A stretch of 64,000 nt of DNA from Schizochytrium sp. TIO01 (Eukaryota; Protista; Bigyra: Labyrinthulomycetes): positions 3,100,001 through 3,164,000 of the forward strand of contig SMSO01000025.1 in assembly GCA_004764695.1 (NCBI GenBank). Direction: 5' to 3'. A program made the translations under genes and the position numbers. The notes below the pieces were generated by a model. It saw only the letters and a program-made list of their open reading frames with translations, was not told the DNA's origin and searched no databases. This document shows, one piece after another, positions 50,260 to 60,178 of the stretch (position 1 is its first letter; each line of letters starts with the position of its first letter).

Positions 50260-51267
50260 CTACTTGCTAGCGAGCAGGGCAGCGAATTCCGGGTTTGCTT
50301 TCCATTGAGCCTCGTTGTGACGCCCAAGGTATTTCTCTTTCTTCCAAATTGGCACTCGTTCCTTCAGAGTGTTAATTGCGAAATCATTAGCCTCAAGCGC
50401 TGCTGCACGATGCGCGGAGGAAATAGCAATGATAACGCTCGTATCTTCTACGGGGCAGTCTCCGAGCTTGTGCTCAATTGCCACGTGCAGGATGTCGGGC
50501 CACTTTTTGCGCATTTCATCACAGATTTCCTCCAACTTTTTAACAGCCATACTTTCGTAGCCGTGGTATTCCAGTTCTGTGACAACCTTGTCTTGAAATG
50601 AGTTTCTTGTTGTACCAGAAAATGTAACAATAGCACCTGCAAAGGGACTGCGGACAAGATCAACCAAGCCTGCCAGGTCAAGCTTCCCATGAACTAGTTT
50701 GCAGTGTGTCCGCGGGGTTTCGTGTCGCAGATTCTTTGATGCCGAATATAACGCATCGTCCGCTTCGTCATCCTCCTCATCGTCGTTGTCCAACAACACG
50801 AATTCATTGTCTTCAATACGGCGCTCCTTCGTCGAAGCTGGGGCACTGTAATCTTCATCTTCTTCATCATAGCTGTCATTTTGCTCTTCATCTCCCTGTT
50901 GGGCCCTGGGGGACACTAAAGACACTCCAGATCTTGGCGAACCGCCAAGTCGAGGCGTTGCACTGCGTTTCTTGCGACGGCGGGTTTTCTTACGCGATAC
51001 TGCTCCGGAGTCCTTAGAACTGGACGCACTATCGGAAGGAGATGCTCCACGCACAATATCGAGAACTCTACACAGTTGGTATCCCGCTACGAAGGTTGCT
51101 AAGAGCACGAGGCCATGTGTAGGTGACAGCATGGCTCTCCATCCCGCCAAACCGACATCCTGCACAGCGCTTGGCACTTCAACGACGGCAAGTGTCGAGG
51201 AATTCGGTGCAGGGCTACTCGTAGGCGGCGGTGCTGCAGTCCGCGATCCTCCTCCGCGTCCAAACAT
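50260..51267 (-). CDS. MOCS2B: Molybdopterin synthase catalytic subunit (MOCS2B/MoaE/Cnx6 family) with long N-terminal extension, 335 aa
   Basis: The C-terminal ~148 aa carry the MoaE motifs GAIVTFSGTTRN, LEYHGYESMA, HKLGDCPVEDTSVIIAISSAHRAAALEA and INTLKERVPIWKKEKY...WKAN. The ORF is uninterrupted and the start context is AACAATCATG. Confidence 0.95.
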   Translation of the reverse strand: MFGRGGGSRTAAPPPTSSPAPNSSTLAVVEVPSAVQDVGLAGWRAMLSPTHGLVLLATFVAGYQLCRVLDIVRGASPSDSASSSKDSGAVSRKKTRRRKKRSATPRLGGSPRSGVSLVSPRAQQGDEEQNDSYDEEDEDYSAPASTKERRIEDNEFVLLDNDDEEDDEADDALYSASKNLRHETPRTHCKLVHGKLDLAGLVDLVRSPFAGAIVTFSGTTRNSFQDKVVTELEYHGYESMAVKKLEEICDEMRKKWPDILHVAIEHKLGDCPVEDTSVIIAISSAHRAAALEANDFAINTLKERVPIWKKEKYLGRHNEAQWKANPEFAALLASK

Positions 51268-53100
51268 GATTGTTTCTTAGAACTCGAAGTGTATTAGGGA
51301 GTTCTGGGATTGGATTCTTCTTTGAAGTTCTTCCTTTTTTGGATTATTCCGCGAAGACTTCCTTTTCAGCAAATAAAAACTAATACCTTAAGTATTACGT
51401 AGGTCTCGCATGTCTCGTCAAAACTAACCAAACCGTCAAATTTGGTTGAGCTATTTCCGCCTTCAACTTGAGGAGTGACAATTTAAACAATGAAAATTGT
51501 CAGGCACTGGCCACTTGGTAAATCGTTATTTAAGTTGGCATCGTCAAAGTTACATCGGAAAGTAGTTTCGGCTAAGGTGGATAAAGCGTTTCCGGGGAAT
51601 TGTCTGCGGCTATTGAGAACTCTGCCTGGTGATCTTAGGTGAGATTCGGGGACCTGCCTAGTATGGATATAATTAAATATGTAAAGACCACGGTGTAGAT
51701 AAGGCATAAATCAACTACTCTAGCAGTATCAACAGCGACAACATTTTCCGTCTCGAAGATCTCCTACATTGATAGCATAACAACCATTTTATCTCTGAGG
51801 TGGTCTTTGCATAAGTCTAAGGACTCTTGGTTTCTCTTAAGAAGAATATTCTTCTGAGAAACTTCGCATTTGACATATGGAGAGACTAACTGAGAAAGGC
51901 GGAAAGTTCATTGCGCACGGAAAGTGGGGTTTGGAAGTTTGTGAAAATCTTTGAAATTCAGACTACGGGTTTGTAGCGATAGATTCATAAAGTTAGGCTC
52001 TTTGAAAATATAAAGTTTCTCCGTACAGTTTTTTCTGTATCAGAAAGGAAAAAAGTTTATTTGTTACAGAAATCTTCCTTTCTCTTATATCTGTAAGACA
52101 TATTCTTGGATACTGTCTTTTTGTTTTGTAAATTCATCTTTTGTGCTTGTTCTGCTGTGCCACACCCTTCAGACGAAATATTCTCGCTAGTAAAACAGGG
52201 GGGAAACACACTCGTTGCAAGAACAATACATCATAATGCGTTTGTGATATTTCTGCTTCTCATGTGCTTTACTGTAAATTGTACATCCTTTGTTCGATTG
52301 AGACGGCCTTAAAATGAGAGATTGATGCATAGGATTGCTGGGAGTTCAGATGCTGATCTAATATGGCACATTTTCTGAGGAACCACTTTGTTTTAGAACA
52401 ATTTATTTTTCAATGATGAATATCATTGAAAAAGTGAATCTTGCATTTCATGTTCTTAGTGTCAGTTGTACATGTTATCATTTAAATCATGTATGTGCAG
52501 AGAGATAAGTGTTATATAGACCCTGTCTTCACATTTGATACTGTTGTTTGTATACCTGGCGCAATTCTTTTAAGGAAAAAGTGAGGTCGAAAAGAAGTAG
52601 GAAGGCGAGTATTGAAAGGGAAAGAGACACACAAGAAGTTATAAGCAAGAAGTGAATCGATACGCCATGTATCTTCATTACTATTGAACTTCGTTTAACG
52701 GCTTTCTCAAAGACTAAGTAGCTACATGTTTGATTCCTCTCATTGTTATTTTGCAAGACGACACTCATACATGAATAATTCGTTCCCGCAACTGAAGATC
52801 GACTTAAATACATATGGATCTCGGTGCAAATTCTAGAAAAGTGTTCGCAGGACCTTTGAAATCCCAGCCCTTGTTTTAGAGCTTCGGATGTAATTATCAT
52901 ATCTTGCTTCTTTGAAAGAATGTAAGATCTGTGGGGGAATAATTGGAAAAAGTTGCAAGCGCCCAAGAATAGTCCTCATGGAGGCCGCCCCAGCAACTCA
53001 ATCATGAAAAAGTTCAGCAGATCTTCTCACATTTTTTGGTTCCCAAACGAGACTTCGGAGGCCAAGTTCATACATTTCAGAATCAATTGGCAAAACTTGC

Positions 53101-53146
<46 letters not shown>

Positions 53147-53149
53147 TAT
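53101..53149. repeat. Interrupted (TA)n microsatellite
   Basis: Read directly. Further TA tracts lie at ~62320-62340 and ~62535-62562. Confidence 0.95.
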
Positions 53150-55001
53150 GTGCATGTGCTTTCCAGCATCGGGTGATACCTTGCGCTGCGGCATTTAGGC
53201 ATCTGTACAGAGGTGGAGCAACGCATAATTGGTTTGCAACAGTTATAGTCATTTCTAACGAGGATTGCTCTGATGAGCTAAAGTGAGACCTCGCATTTAA
53301 GCACATAATCTTACAGGGTCGTTTATTTTGCTTTATGATCATGCTAGAGTGTAGTTTAGCCATTATTTTAGTACTTCATATTTGACGAATGCTATGAACT
53401 TCTTGAATCAATCCTTTAATTAGAACCCATGGTCAGATGGTCCTTGTTAAATGTCTCTTTAAAAAAAAAGACCCCGTCTCCAACTTTAATTTTTTCTCTG
53501 ACGAAGCTTGTCATCTCCTGCTTACTAATTCCCAACAAGAAAACCTGATGAAACCTCATACAGTCTATTATTGCCAGATATAATGCTAGTTCCACCTAGC
53601 CTTGAAAAGAAGATTCCTTATAAATGCAACACGTAGGTAGGTTCCTAAATTTCATGATGGTGTCATGGAAGAAGAGATTGGTTGCTTCATGATATTACTG
53701 AGTGATAATATAACCTGCAGTGGTGTGGGGTGCACATAAAAACTTCGGGGACTCGGGTACTCTTCGCATAGCCTGGTTTGCTATTGATAGATCTCCCGAA
53801 TGGCCTGTTGTAGGTCTGAGAGTTTTCTCAGCTACCCCTTTTATTGAAGTGCGATCGAGCTACTATTGCCCTCTACCACTAGTCATAGCTACCGCTAGAC
53901 CCAGCCATCCCTAGTGCAGTGATATGTACAATTAAGCAGCTCTCACTCCTTCTCAAGAGGGCTAATCTCTTTGCTCGTTCCTCTTCTCATCATCATCCTT
54001 TTCATGGATAGTAAGCAGTACGCAGGAGACTACTTAGCTACGGTTGACTTCTCTTATCTCAGCAATTATCAAACTTTGGCAGAGATGGATGCGATTATAT
54101 GACAGGCAGAGGCCTCCCTAGCGGCTGCTATGACCCTTCTAATGAAGTTTTGCGTTCCGCAGTCTCCACTGCCTCGAGGAACTCCCAGTGATTGTAAGAG
54201 GGAATTGTTCGACGGCGAACCTGTTTCTCCTCTCTGCAATTTGACTGCCGCTGTGTGGTTCTGGGTCATCCACCTTAATAGTCTATGGTTTGCCCGCTTG
54301 GCGAATGTGTCTTCAGGGAGGAATTAAGGGATGTGGAGCTGCGGCTTTGCTGCCGCTGCTCCCTTATCAACCACTGAGCGAGTGAATGAAAGAAAGAGTT
54401 ATTAGTGAAATGGGCGACTGAGTGAATTGATTGAGTGCTCTCACTGCTTCTTCTTCGGAGCCCTCGCTCGCTGGCTGGTCTGCCTCGGCTGGTTGGTCTG
54501 TCTGTGTCTGCGTTTCTGTTGCGTGTGTGCGTATCCTGCCTGGCCAGGTGGAGTGGCGATGATGGAATGCAGCGGATCTTCTGCCTGTGGAGTGAGTGTA
54601 ATGCAGTAAGTAGTACCTACAGAGAGAGCATCGTGTCATAGTACTGAAAACTATAAAAGTCAGCAGCAGAAATGCTAAGAGTGACGAAGTACTAAACGCA
54701 AACTGATCGATAGGCGACTAAACAAATCATCAAATAATCGAATAAATAAACAAACAAACAATCAAATAAATCAATAAATGATAAATAAAACCAACTAACT
54801 AACTAACTAACTAACTACCTCACGATCGATCGATCGATCAATAGATTCGTGGATTCGTAGAAGCTGTGAAATCTTTGGGGCAGCTGCAGCTGGTGGGCTG
54901 ATTCCGTCTGGGTCTCCGCGAGCGAGCAGGCCGGCGGTCGCTGAGAGCGCGAAGGAAATCTCCTCTGGCAAGGAGTGGAGCGACGATCAATCTTCAAGTC
55001 G

Positions 55002-55028
55002 CAGCAGCAGCAGCAGCAGCAGCAGCAG
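55002..55028. repeat. (CAG)9 microsatellite, non-coding context
   Basis: Read directly; it is not inside any credible CDS. Confidence 0.93.
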
Positions 55029-55896
55029 TATCTAAGTGAATAACTAAGACGTGCCGTAGTGCAGTGCAGCGGCGTGCTAGTGGCGCAGTAGGTAAGTGCT
55101 ACTGACTCACGGGCGGTAACTAAGGTGGGCGAAGACCTCGCCATCTCAAAGGGTCATCATCACTCGATGAATGAAAAGCACTCTGCGATTTGATGATGTG
55201 GATATCCAAGCTCCGCTCTGTGGGCTGATCGCAGCCTCGAAGGCCGGTCGCTCTTTGCCGACCCTCGCCAGAGAAGTGAAGTGAAGTGAAGTGATGTGCA
55301 ATGAAATGAGTGAGTGAATGAATGAATGAATGAATGAATGAACGAACGAATGAGATGATTTTATGAGCAGCGAATGAGGGATAATATGAGGCCGCCAGAG
55401 CCTTCTCTGTTTAGTATTACAGTGCTTTTAGATGAGCCAGGTTGTTAACAAAAGTTTTCAATAGATTGAGACTGTGTTTGGTTTGATTCATGATATGGAT
55501 TGTTTATTGATTGTGATAGAAAGATCACAAGTAGGTATGTGTATATCTGTGTATTGAGTGATTGAGTGTAATTGGCTGATTGATTCTTTTTTTTTTTTTA
55601 ATTTTTTAATTTTAATTTTTGTTTTTTCTCCTTGTATTTAGTGTTGTCGTCTGCTTGGTCGAGGCTGCCTCTGCTGCGTGTTCTCTGCGCTGTGCGCCTC
55701 TCGTCAGTTGTGCATCTCCGCTTAGGCCCTCATCCTCGTCTTCTGCGAGTCCTCGTCGCCACCCTTGCTTGCTTCCTGCCTGTGTGTGAGCTAGCCAGCG
55801 TGCTTGCTTGCTTTCGTTCATTCTCTCTCTCTTTCATTCACTGGCTAAATCAAACAAAACCCAATCGCCTTCTCGCCGCACGGACTTCGAAGCACC

Positions 55897-56424
55897 ATGA
55901 TGATGAACCTCATGCGCGCCCCCGCCGCCGCTCTGCGCCGCTCTGCTCGCGGCCTTCACGCCTCGAGCGCTCTGCGCATGGCTGAGGCTGAGCCCACCAC
56001 TGACGGCGCCTCCCTCACCCTCACCTTCGCATCGGCCACCCGCCCCGTCGTGAAGAAGGAGCCCGTCTTCCTCGTCAACGTGCCTGGCATGACCGGCGAG
56101 TTTGGTGTTGCCGCTGAGCACTCCCCCGTGGTCTCTGAGCTCAAGCCTGGCCTCGTTCAGATCACCCGCAAGGAGGGTGACGCCCCGGAGTCCTACTTCG
56201 TCACCGGCGGTCTTGCCGCCGTGCACGAGGACTCCACCATGGATGTTGCTGCCGCTGAGATCGCTTCCCTTGACGAGCTCGACGGTGCCGTCGCCCAGAA
56301 GCTCTACGCTGAGGCCAAGCGCACCGCCGACGCTGCCGCTGAGGGATCCAAGGAGCAGGCCATCGCACAGGTCCAGGCCGAGACCTACGAGGCTGTCTGC
56401 ATCGCCCTCGGTGTCTCCATCTAA
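55897..56424 (+). CDS. ATP5F1D: Mitochondrial F1F0-ATP synthase subunit delta (homolog of bacterial epsilon), 175 aa with presequence
   Basis: Family motifs LTLTFAS, VNVPGMTGEFGV..EHSPVVSELKPGLV and YFVTGG are present, followed by a helical hairpin. The N-terminus is Arg/Ala/Ser-rich and acid-free (...SSALRM|AEAE), typical of a mitochondrial transit peptide. Codon bias is extreme: 3 of 175 codons end in A, and all Glu=GAG, Lys=AAG, Arg=CGC. Confidence 0.96.
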   Translation: MMMNLMRAPAAALRRSARGLHASSALRMAEAEPTTDGASLTLTFASATRPVVKKEPVFLVNVPGMTGEFGVAAEHSPVVSELKPGLVQITRKEGDAPESYFVTGGLAAVHEDSTMDVAAAEIASLDELDGAVAQKLYAEAKRTADAAAEGSKEQAIAQVQAETYEAVCIALGVSI

Positions 56425-57999
56425 GCGATAAGCTAAAGCGCCTCCGTCCTAACATTGCTTCTTCACCTGTCATCGAGCACTTCACATCGCCGTCGAAGAC
56501 GCCGGTTCTGATCTCGCTATTATCAGCATGAGAAACAGAACGGCGTTAAGATGACGATGGGGACTGCGAAGGATTTGCTCTCGGGCTCGTGCTTCTTCAG
56601 CCGTCTTCGGCTATCTCGACTTCACTTCACTACATTTCACTTCAATTCGCTCCTCCACTGACCGACTTCGGAGATATCGATATCAATGATTACAATTGAT
56701 TATGATTGATTGGAATTCACGGATATATGGTTGCTGGAATCAAGGGCAACGGCCAACTGCAGCAGCTCAACGCTTGCACTCAGTGGGTCGGCGGGAGTGG
56801 ACCTGGATACAGAAAGCGGTGGCATGGGACGTGGCGAACTCTTTCGTAAATTTCTTTGATGGATAGATGCAAGCATGTGCGGATAGAGCATGGGCGCGCC
56901 ACGCTTGCTGGTCAGCGTGGCGAGCTCTTCTCTTCATCCTCTTTTCCTCAGCCCCAGTTCCTTAACCCTTAACACAGAAAAAAAGTACCCCACTACGGAC
57001 ATCACAGCATTCTTTTGCACCTTTTCTTTAAATTATATATACGGAACCCTGTTGTTCCAGTTCTTCTTGTCTGGCCTATCACGAAATAGTTGGAAAATGC
57101 CTCTCGTTATGTGAATATAATCATGGGCTATCGCCCTTGTATCTTGCACAAGGACACTGGAAATCGTCTTGTCTTGTTCTGCGGGTGCTCTCTTTTTCTC
57201 TTTGATGGATTTCTAAACTTGCTCCTCTTCACCGCCTATTCTCCCCCCCCCCCATTCCGAAAGCAGGAATAAAAGGTCAAACTATTTATAGCAATGCTTG
57301 CACCTCACCAGATATGTATGATTGTTAGCATTAGCAGTTGTTTCACTTTCATGCTATGAAGATAAAAACATACTGAATTAATTGAAGACAAATCTAGCTT
57401 CACACCCACGGAAAACCTAAAGAGAAAACGAGAACGGAGGAGTCTAGAAATATCGTTCAACAAATTAATCTATCTACAAATAACACCATCAAATTGGCTT
57501 GAGAAAATGTGTGTCTTGGCTCCTTTTCTTCGTCCACAGATCTACCACAAACAGAAAGTAGAGTATTTCCCCAGAGCTTAACATCCACATCATTTCTTCA
57601 CCAATAACATTATCTTCTTCACCTAACCTTGCTGCTCGCACTCTTACAAACATAAATTCTGCGATATAACCACAGAACACAAACAGTTGAGTCACAGAAA
57701 GGGGGGGCACCTTGGTACTTGTCTTCTTCTGCTGCAAATCCGCGCTCTCTCTCCCATAAAAACAAACCCCTTTGAGTCAATATTTTTACCCAATAGCAAA
57801 AAAGCATGGACTACCTCGCAGCAATGAGCATGGATGATGGTAGAGAAAGCCATACCAACATTTTGTAAATTGAAGCACATGGCTAACCTTGTTTCTGTCT
57901 TGCTCGATTTCACGCTGAATCGGTATTCACACAGCTACTTTCTTCATCTGCATGGTTTGAACATATGTTCTCTCTCACACATAAATTGTCGCACACTGT

Positions 58000-59169
58000 T
58001 CATGCGATTACACAACCACCTTTGTTTCTATTATTTGGACTTGTTGGACGGCTCCTAGCCCTTTGAATGTTTTGCATCTCCTGCTCCTGGCGATTGCCAC
58101 GGTGATGACGGCCACCGACCAGGTGATGCCCACCATGTCCAGCTTGTTGCTCCTCTTCCGCCGCAATTTGCTGTGCAAGCTCGGCGTCTGCATCAAAAGT
58201 GGCACCAGGCCGACTAGGAAGACCCCGTTGATCCTCAAGAACCTGACCAAGGTCATTCGGGTGCACGTACTCATCAGGACGTCCAAACGAGGGAGACACC
58301 AATTCGGTGTCACCATTTACTGCATTTAGTAACTCCCAACCAATCATGCTATTTTCACTGTATCCTTGGTCAGTCACTAGCAAAAACAAATCATCATTAA
58401 GCTTGAACAATGTTGAGAAATGGTTGTTACGAAAAAATGTGCACAGTTCCCGCTCCTTGATCTTGTGGTGAAGCTGCATGAGACCTGTGAAGGTGAACTG
58501 TGAAGCTGAGTCGGCAAGGAACTTCTGAATGACATCCGCATCATGAACTACACGAACGAGCTCCCCGGACTCCATGGTACCACCTTCTTCAGCCTCCCTT
58601 GCATGAATGATGCGGTCCATGGCCTGGTTATACGAAAGTTGCCCAAGAACACCATAAGCCTCCGTGTCGTCTTTGTCTACAACCCATCCATGAAAGAGAT
58701 TTACACCCAGCAGGTCGAAAACTGCAATGTGGCTATCATACTCGAAAGACGTGACATCTTGAAAACGCACGTTCACATCGAGCCCATACTGCAGCGAAGG
58801 CAACATTTCAATAATGTCCTCGATGCTCTGACGCACATTCTCATCATTGCCAATCGCGTTTTTCTCCAAGAGGCAGTCTGCGATCATCGCAATCAAATTT
58901 TCGCTTCCGATGGTCGTGCGATCCGGGTGCATTCGCAGCGTGCCTCTGAGGACGAGTGCATTGACAAGTGCAACGAGCGGACAAGGACCGTTCTCATTTT
59001 GCATGACCACGCTCACTTCACGATTCAGGAACTGCATACGTTTGACAACGTGCACAAAGCCACGATCCGCAGACGCAGATCGGTTTCTTCGTGAGGAATG
59101 GTCCTCTGTGGAAGGTGATGCAGCCGTCGTGGTCCCATTCGCTGGAGATGGTGTCGCTGAAGTGGCCAT
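58000..59169 (-). CDS. MINDY-1/2 (FAM63)-family K48 deubiquitinase, 389 aa
   Basis: QNENGPCPL (Q57, catalytic C63), GLDVNVRF, LFHGWVVD, FFRNNHFSTL (catalytic H250) and LLVTDQGY are present. There is an MIU-like helix DADAELAQQIAAEEE (aa 326-340) and a C-terminal CaaX box CVIA. Confidence 0.95.
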   Translation of the reverse strand: MATSATPSPANGTTTAASPSTEDHSSRRNRSASADRGFVHVVKRMQFLNREVSVVMQNENGPCPLVALVNALVLRGTLRMHPDRTTIGSENLIAMIADCLLEKNAIGNDENVRQSIEDIIEMLPSLQYGLDVNVRFQDVTSFEYDSHIAVFDLLGVNLFHGWVVDKDDTEAYGVLGQLSYNQAMDRIIHAREAEEGGTMESGELVRVVHDADVIQKFLADSASQFTFTGLMQLHHKIKERELCTFFRNNHFSTLFKLNDDLFLLVTDQGYSENSMIGWELLNAVNGDTELVSPSFGRPDEYVHPNDLGQVLEDQRGLPSRPGATFDADAELAQQIAAEEEQQAGHGGHHLVGGRHHRGNRQEQEMQNIQRARSRPTSPNNRNKGGCVIA

Positions 59170-60178
59170 TGTTGTGTAGCCTTCTTGGGTGCCTAACTGC
59201 TCGCTCGCCCAGAACTATGGAAATTCCTTTATTCAACTTCGAACCAGACTCAAACTCGTAAAACCCAAGAGATAGTTGCGCAAATGGCCCCGGCGACTCT
59301 AAAGCACCTCGGCTGAGGCACGGGGTCCCTCCAAACGGAGTCTATATAGAGTCCGAACGCAGTGGATCCCTCGCTGCTTTCCTGGACAAAGCGATTTCTT
59401 TCTCTTTCTCTTTCCTTTTCCTTTTCACTTTTTGGAAAGACCAAGGAAAATACTAGATAGGTACTACGTAGTAGTAACAGGTGTACTCGCGAGCGAATAA
59501 ACCTGTTCCAGGGGTGCGAGAGGGATCATGGTAGAGATAGGTAGTCTGCGCTCGCAATGAACTTTGCACAATTCACTGACGAACTCTGAACAATTATAAA
59601 GACTGGGATGTACCAATCAAGACTAAGAAGATTCCATCCCATCTCAAGGTTTCACTTCTGAAAACCGTAGTAGAAAAATATATGGAAAAAGTAAGCGAAG
59701 AAGAAACTCCCTAACTTTCCTGAATTAACTATTACTGCTCGCGGGCTTTGGCGCATTCATCCCCGGGTTCGTGGGGGAGTTAGCCTTTAAAATGAAAAGT
59801 AGTCAACTAAGAACGTCAAAAACAACACTCTCAGTAAAGATAGCACCATGTAAATTTATTTCTTGCATACCATGATACACTTAGATTCCACTTATTTTTT
59901 TCAATTTGTGGATTGGAAATCAAGACTCCAGATGAAGCCGTCTTCTTTTTTCTTCCATTCGAGTCTATAGCTTAACGCAAACCAAATCTCTCCAAATAAG
60001 GAAACGCGTCGTCTTCGTCCTCAATCTAGCTGTTGTCTTTCCATTACACGGTGCTGCTCGTTGGCTAGTTGTCTAGACTATTACTGAGTCTCGCATAGTG
60101 ATCTTGGCTTTAAACTTCATCCAACCCAACGAGGTGGACTTTTCATAGTAATCGCCGGCGCTAGTCGTCGTCTGCTAC
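59170..60178. promoter_or_regulatory. Divergent (head-to-head) intergenic region between the MINDY and KPR-like genes, probable bidirectional promoter
   Basis: About 1 kb separates two divergently oriented start codons. It contains a CCAAT (~59613) and a CGTCAAA (59814-59820). Function is inferred from position only. Confidence 0.5.

Noticed and set aside
50260-51710. Bicistronic MOCS2A/MOCS2B arrangement as in animals
   Set aside because: No overlapping or upstream ORF encoding a MoaD-like ubiquitin fold ending in Gly-Gly was seen.
58543-59094. 183-aa antisense ORF within MINDY, and other shadow ORFs over the MOCS2B, ATP delta and KPR-like genes
   Set aside because: These are expected shadows of GC-rich coding frames and carry no independent motifs.
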